Part shown: positions 24,917 to 27,059 of the stretch, one piece after another | How the letters are laid out: each line of letters opens with the position of its first letter | Position numbering within the stretch: the stretch's first letter is position 1 | IMG/VR virus record: IMGVR_UViG_3300022602_000059 | Direction: 5' to 3' (one strand) | Source: an uncultured virus (IMG/VR IMGVR_UViG_3300022602_000059) | Taxonomy: Duplodnaviria; Heunggongvirae; Uroviricota; Caudoviricetes | Length of the DNA: 27,059 nt | Made by a program: the position numbers and the translations under genes | Notes under the pieces: generated by a model | What the model saw: the letters and a program-made list of their open reading frames with translations, nothing else | Told to the model about the DNA's origin: nothing | The model's database searches: none

Positions 24917-24940
24917 GTTCAAGATAAGTATATATCTTTG

Positions 24941-25014
24941 TGCACCAAGTAGGAGTCGAACCTACAACACCTAGTTCCTAAGACTAGCGCCTCTACCAGT
25001 TGGGCTATTAGTGC
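24941..25014 (-). tRNA. tRNA-Leu(TAG), short variable loop, no encoded CCA
   Basis: GCACTAA/TTGGTGC acceptor stem, CTAGT-CTTAGGA-ACTAG anticodon arm, GTAGG-TTCGACT-CCTAC T arm, A73. Confidence 0.92.
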
Positions 25015-25015
25015 G

Positions 25016-25092
25016 TGGTTGCGGGAGTGGGATTTGAACCCACGACCTAGAGCTTATGAGGCTCCCGAGCTTCCGAGCTGCTCTATCCCGCG
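25016..25092 (-). tRNA. tRNA-Met(CAT), initiator-like acceptor stem, CCA encoded
   Basis: CGCGGGA/TCCCGCA with C1:A72 mismatch, A11-U24, GGAGC-CTCATAA-GCTCT anticodon arm, TTCAAAT T loop. Confidence 0.95.
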
Positions 25093-25154
25093 ATAAGTGA
25101 CCTCCCTGGTGCGCTTTGAGTAGAGGCGTGGGAGGTGCTGTTAGATAAGAATAG

Positions 25155-25186
25155 CACAAAGCCCCCCATTGCTGGAGGGCTCTGTG
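25155..25186 (-). terminator. terminator-like hairpin downstream of hsp20
   Basis: 14-bp stem with GCAA loop; two G-U pairs form only on the minus strand; overlaps TGCTATTCT extended -10 of the tRNA unit. Confidence 0.75.
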
Positions 25187-25210
25187 TGACAGGTAGCGAA
25201 TCCGTCAGTT
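25155..25210 (-). ncRNA. candidate small RNA or hsp20 3'UTR element with TTCGCTA loop
   Basis: TGACGG-[ATTCGCTAC]-CTGTCA hairpin (25187-25207) stacked on the terminator; TAAGAT possible -10 at 25213-25218. Confidence 0.45.
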
Positions 25211-25215
25211 ATATC

Positions 25216-25767
25216 TTACTTGATTTTGATAGTTTTGGGCTTTAGCTCCTCAGGTACTTCGCGCTCTAGCCGCACGGTCAAGATGCCATCTTTCATCTCG
25301 GCACCCTCGACTGTCACGTACTCAGCTAGTGGGAAGCTCTGCTTAAAGCCTCTAGCAGCGATTCCCTTGTGGAAGTACTCATCCTCGGACTCTTCGCCCT
25401 TCTTGCCTTCAATAGTCAGTACTTGCTCCTTGAAGGTAACCTCTACCTCATCCTTAGAGAAACCTGCTAATGCAAGCCGAATGAGATACTTGTCCTCTCC
25501 ATCCGAGAGAATGTCATAAGGTGGATAAGTAGCTCGAGCCCCGATTTGGTTCTGAAGCTCTTCGAAGAAAAGTTGGTGATTAGTAAAGCCAACCCCACGA
25601 GCTGTTAAGTTATTAACTAGCCGTGTAATGACCTCTGCAGGAGTGAGAGGTGCTGTCTTGGGATACCCACTGCCATGCTCTTTGTAGGGTTCCTTATATG
25701 GGTTCTTGTAGGGCAGTTCCTTATCGAACTGGTCCTTGTTAGGAAAAGAGTTGCTGAATGTAGCCAT
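25216..25767 (-). CDS. small heat shock protein Hsp20 (IbpA-like)
   Basis: YPPYDI, LALAGF, YFHKGIAARGFKQSF.LAE, DGIL, C-terminal I-x-I. Confidence 0.95.
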   Translation of the reverse strand: MATFSNSFPNKDQFDKELPYKNPYKEPYKEHGSGYPKTAPLTPAEVITRLVNNLTARGVGFTNHQLFFEELQNQIGARATYPPYDILSDGEDKYLIRLALAGFSKDEVEVTFKEQVLTIEGKKGEESEDEYFHKGIAARGFKQSFPLAEYVTVEGAEMKDGILTVRLEREVPEELKPKTIKIK

Positions 25768-25826
25768 AATTATCTCCTTAGACGATAACTGTTAAGCGGC
25801 CCTTATGGCACCGCAAGTGAAGTATA
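25768..25826 (-). promoter_or_regulatory. hsp20 promoter and SD-sequestering two-hairpin leader
   Basis: TGATATACT extended -10; hairpin 25796-25814; AGTTATC(G)TC-TAAG-GAGATAATT pairs over the AAGGAG SD. Confidence 0.65.
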
Positions 25827-25930
25827 TCACACACCGCAAAACCTACAAATTGGCTACTGTGTAGTTTTGCCCGACTTTAAATCCTATTTTAGTATTTAGC
25901 CCCTCCCCCAGAGCCAAAGCCCCATCACCC

Positions 25931-26060
25931 CTCTCAGGCAATTCCCAGAAAAGGCTACTGCCTGCCATGGGGGAGTGATACCTGTGGGTAATACCTGCAC
26001 CCCTGCTTTTCCTGAGAGTTTGCTTAACCGTGGGGGGGTCATTCCTGAGAGCTACCTGAG
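25931..26060. repeat. CCTGAGAG repeats in the non-coding strand-switch region
   Basis: TTCCTGAGAG at 26009-26018 and 26042-26051; inverted CTCTCAGG at 25931-25938; partial CCTGAG at 26055. Confidence 0.6.
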
Positions 26061-26091
26061 CACGAGCTGAGGGGCGGTTGTCGGTGGCTGG

Positions 26092-26145
26092 TGGTAGTGT
26101 TTTACCTGTCACCAAGTCGGTGGCAACCTAGCGAAAGGCAAGACA
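26092..26145 (+). promoter_or_regulatory. early-type promoter and leader: hairpin plus AACCTAGCGAAAGG motif
   Basis: TGGTAGTGT extended -10; GTCACC-AAGTC-GGTGGC hairpin; motif at 26125-26138. Confidence 0.65.
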
Positions 26146-26379
26146 ATGCTTACACGCAAACATTACCGCGACATCGCAGAAGCTATTCTGCAGACCCGCA
26201 TCCACGAGCGCACAATGGGCGCTTCGGAGGAGGACATGGTCATCATCAACCTAGCTCTCGACGCGCTGACCGACCGTCTGGCGGTCAAGTTCTGCCAAGA
26301 CAACCCACGATTCGATTACGGCAAGTTTATGACCGCCTGCCGTGGTTCGGTGGCTATGCGGACGGCGGTGGGAGCATGA
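26146..26379 (+). CDS. phage hypothetical protein (TRKHY...DNPRFD...F..AC type)
   Basis: GAAAGG SD; recurrent small phage protein pattern. Confidence 0.8.
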   Translation: MLTRKHYRDIAEAILQTRIHERTMGASEEDMVIINLALDALTDRLAVKFCQDNPRFDYGKFMTACRGSVAMRTAVGA

Positions 26380-26618
26380 CCACAGCCTTCACCCACGACG
26401 AGGTCGCGCTTCTGCGCTCCTCTGTCTCACAGACTGCTAACAGCCTAGTTTCTGACCTGTCGGACATGATTGGCTTCGACCCCAATGGAGCCAGCGAGCA
26501 CGCTATCGCTCAATGGACAAACCGCAAGACTTACCTCTGGAAGGAGATTCAGAAGCTCACCGACCTAGAGCGCAAGATAAAAGCCCTTCAGGTAGAGGTA
26601 GAGGAGGCAAAAGCATGA
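26376..26618 (+). CDS. 80-aa coiled-coil hypothetical protein
   Basis: MTTAFTHDEV...; ATGA overlap, so the real start lies inside the 175-aa track ORF. Confidence 0.7.
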   Translation: MTTAFTHDEVALLRSSVSQTANSLVSDLSDMIGFDPNGASEHAIAQWTNRKTYLWKEIQKLTDLERKIKALQVEVEEAKA

Positions 26619-26764
26619 CTCATCGTTGGGATTACGAGAGCGTAGGAGATTTCTTCTGCACTCGCTGTGAAGAGGACAAGGAAGATGTCAAGAACCTAGT
26701 CCAAGCAGAGGTGTTCACTTACATCTGCCCTGACTGTGGCAACCAAGAGGATGTGCCTCGGTAG
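26615..26764 (+). CDS. 49-aa zinc ribbon protein
   Basis: CTRC...CPDCG; GAGGAGG SD. Confidence 0.7.
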   Translation: MTHRWDYESVGDFFCTRCEEDKEDVKNLVQAEVFTYICPDCGNQEDVPR

Positions 26765-26769
26765 ATGCG

Positions 26770-26842
26770 TATGGCGGAGAGGGTTCGCTCTCTCCGCTGT
26801 GCGGGTCGCCCGACCCAAACAAACCTAGCGAAAGGTATAGAC
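26770..26842 (+). promoter_or_regulatory. two hairpins plus second AACCTAGCGAAAGG leader motif
   Basis: ATGGCGGAGAGGG-TTCG-CTCTCTCCGCTGT; GGGTC-GCCC-GACCC; motif at 26822-26835. Confidence 0.65.
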
Positions 26843-26941
26843 ATGAACAATAACAAGTGCGTCTCATGTGGCAAGGTAACGAGCTCATGGACAACCGATG
26901 ACGGCGAGTATTACTATCCACAATGTGGGGAGTGCCAATGA
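26843..26941 (+). CDS. 32-aa zinc-binding peptide
   Basis: CVSC...CGEC; GAAAGGT SD. Confidence 0.65.
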   Translation: MNNNKCVSCGKVTSSWTTDDGEYYYPQCGECQ

Positions 26942-27059
26942 ACGGCGTCGGCGTAAGCGCAAACTGCGTGTTCGTAGAACATAGCTCATGCAATGGGCTA
27001 TGGGGAGGCGATACATGGTCACCATGCGCCTGTGCCTGTCACCAAGAGGAGGAAGAATG
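26938..27059 (+). CDS. ~40-aa Cys/His-rich peptide (reaches window edge)
   Basis: C-x4-H-x2-C...CACACH; ATGA overlap. Confidence 0.6.
   Translation, partial: MNGVGVSANCVFVEHSSCNGLWGGDTWSPCACACHQEEEE

Noticed and set aside
24941..25014. Amber suppressor tRNA or alternative genetic code
   Set aside because: Anticodon is UAG (reads CUA, Leu), not CUA; genes are intact under the standard code and several end in TAG
24971..25159. 62-aa ORF
   Set aside because: Overlaps the two tRNA genes
1632..25519. Numerous plus-strand ORFs antisense to the main genes, and alternative-frame minus ORFs
   Set aside because: Shadow ORFs fully overlapping well-supported genes, without SD or recognisable motifs
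25843..26115. 90-aa minus-strand ORF and the 5' half of the 175-aa plus ORF
   Set aside because: They cross repeat/promoter DNA or overlap the better-supported 26146-26379 gene
26104..27046. CCTGTCACCAAG repeat (26105 and 27035) and resemblance to the SAM/SAH riboswitch start
   Set aside because: The second copy lies within the CACACHQ coding sequence, and the riboswitch core AACGGCUUCCUGGCGUGAC is absent
1..27059. CRISPR array, introns or inteins in terminase/portal
   Set aside because: No regularly spaced repeats seen; terminase and portal are continuous and of ordinary length

Overview
This is a segment of a large tailed dsDNA phage, most likely infecting Actinobacteria. The host call is inferred from the gene set: an actinobacterial-type lytic transglycosylase, a PASTA-like domain, an FmdB zinc ribbon and many leaderless genes. 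Almost everything from 1 to 25.8 kb is on the minus strand. Head module: N-terminus of the probable major capsid gene, scaffold, portal and large terminase. Extended lysis operon: permuted NlpC/P60, HNH-like protein, CHAP endolysin, DUF1003 protein and holin, with a divergent lytic transglycosylase. Next come a Ser/Thr-rich PASTA-like protein, a glycosyltransferase, two divergent DUF6065-like paralogs and a triplicated Gly-rich adhesin-like cassette. Further on lie many tiny basic, zinc-binding or membrane ORFs, a minimal VIT1/CCC1 transporter, two atypical tRNAs and Hsp20. At about 25.9 kb the strand switches to small plus-strand early-type genes. The most notable unexplained signal is a set of minus-strand intergenic stem-loops whose loops are complementary to translation-initiation sequences. 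One loop is a perfect anti-SD plus anti-AUG, and another matches a 14-nt leader motif repeated before the early genes. This suggests a phage-encoded small antisense RNA system, which is a hypothesis. All family assignments come from motif recognition by eye; no searches were run.
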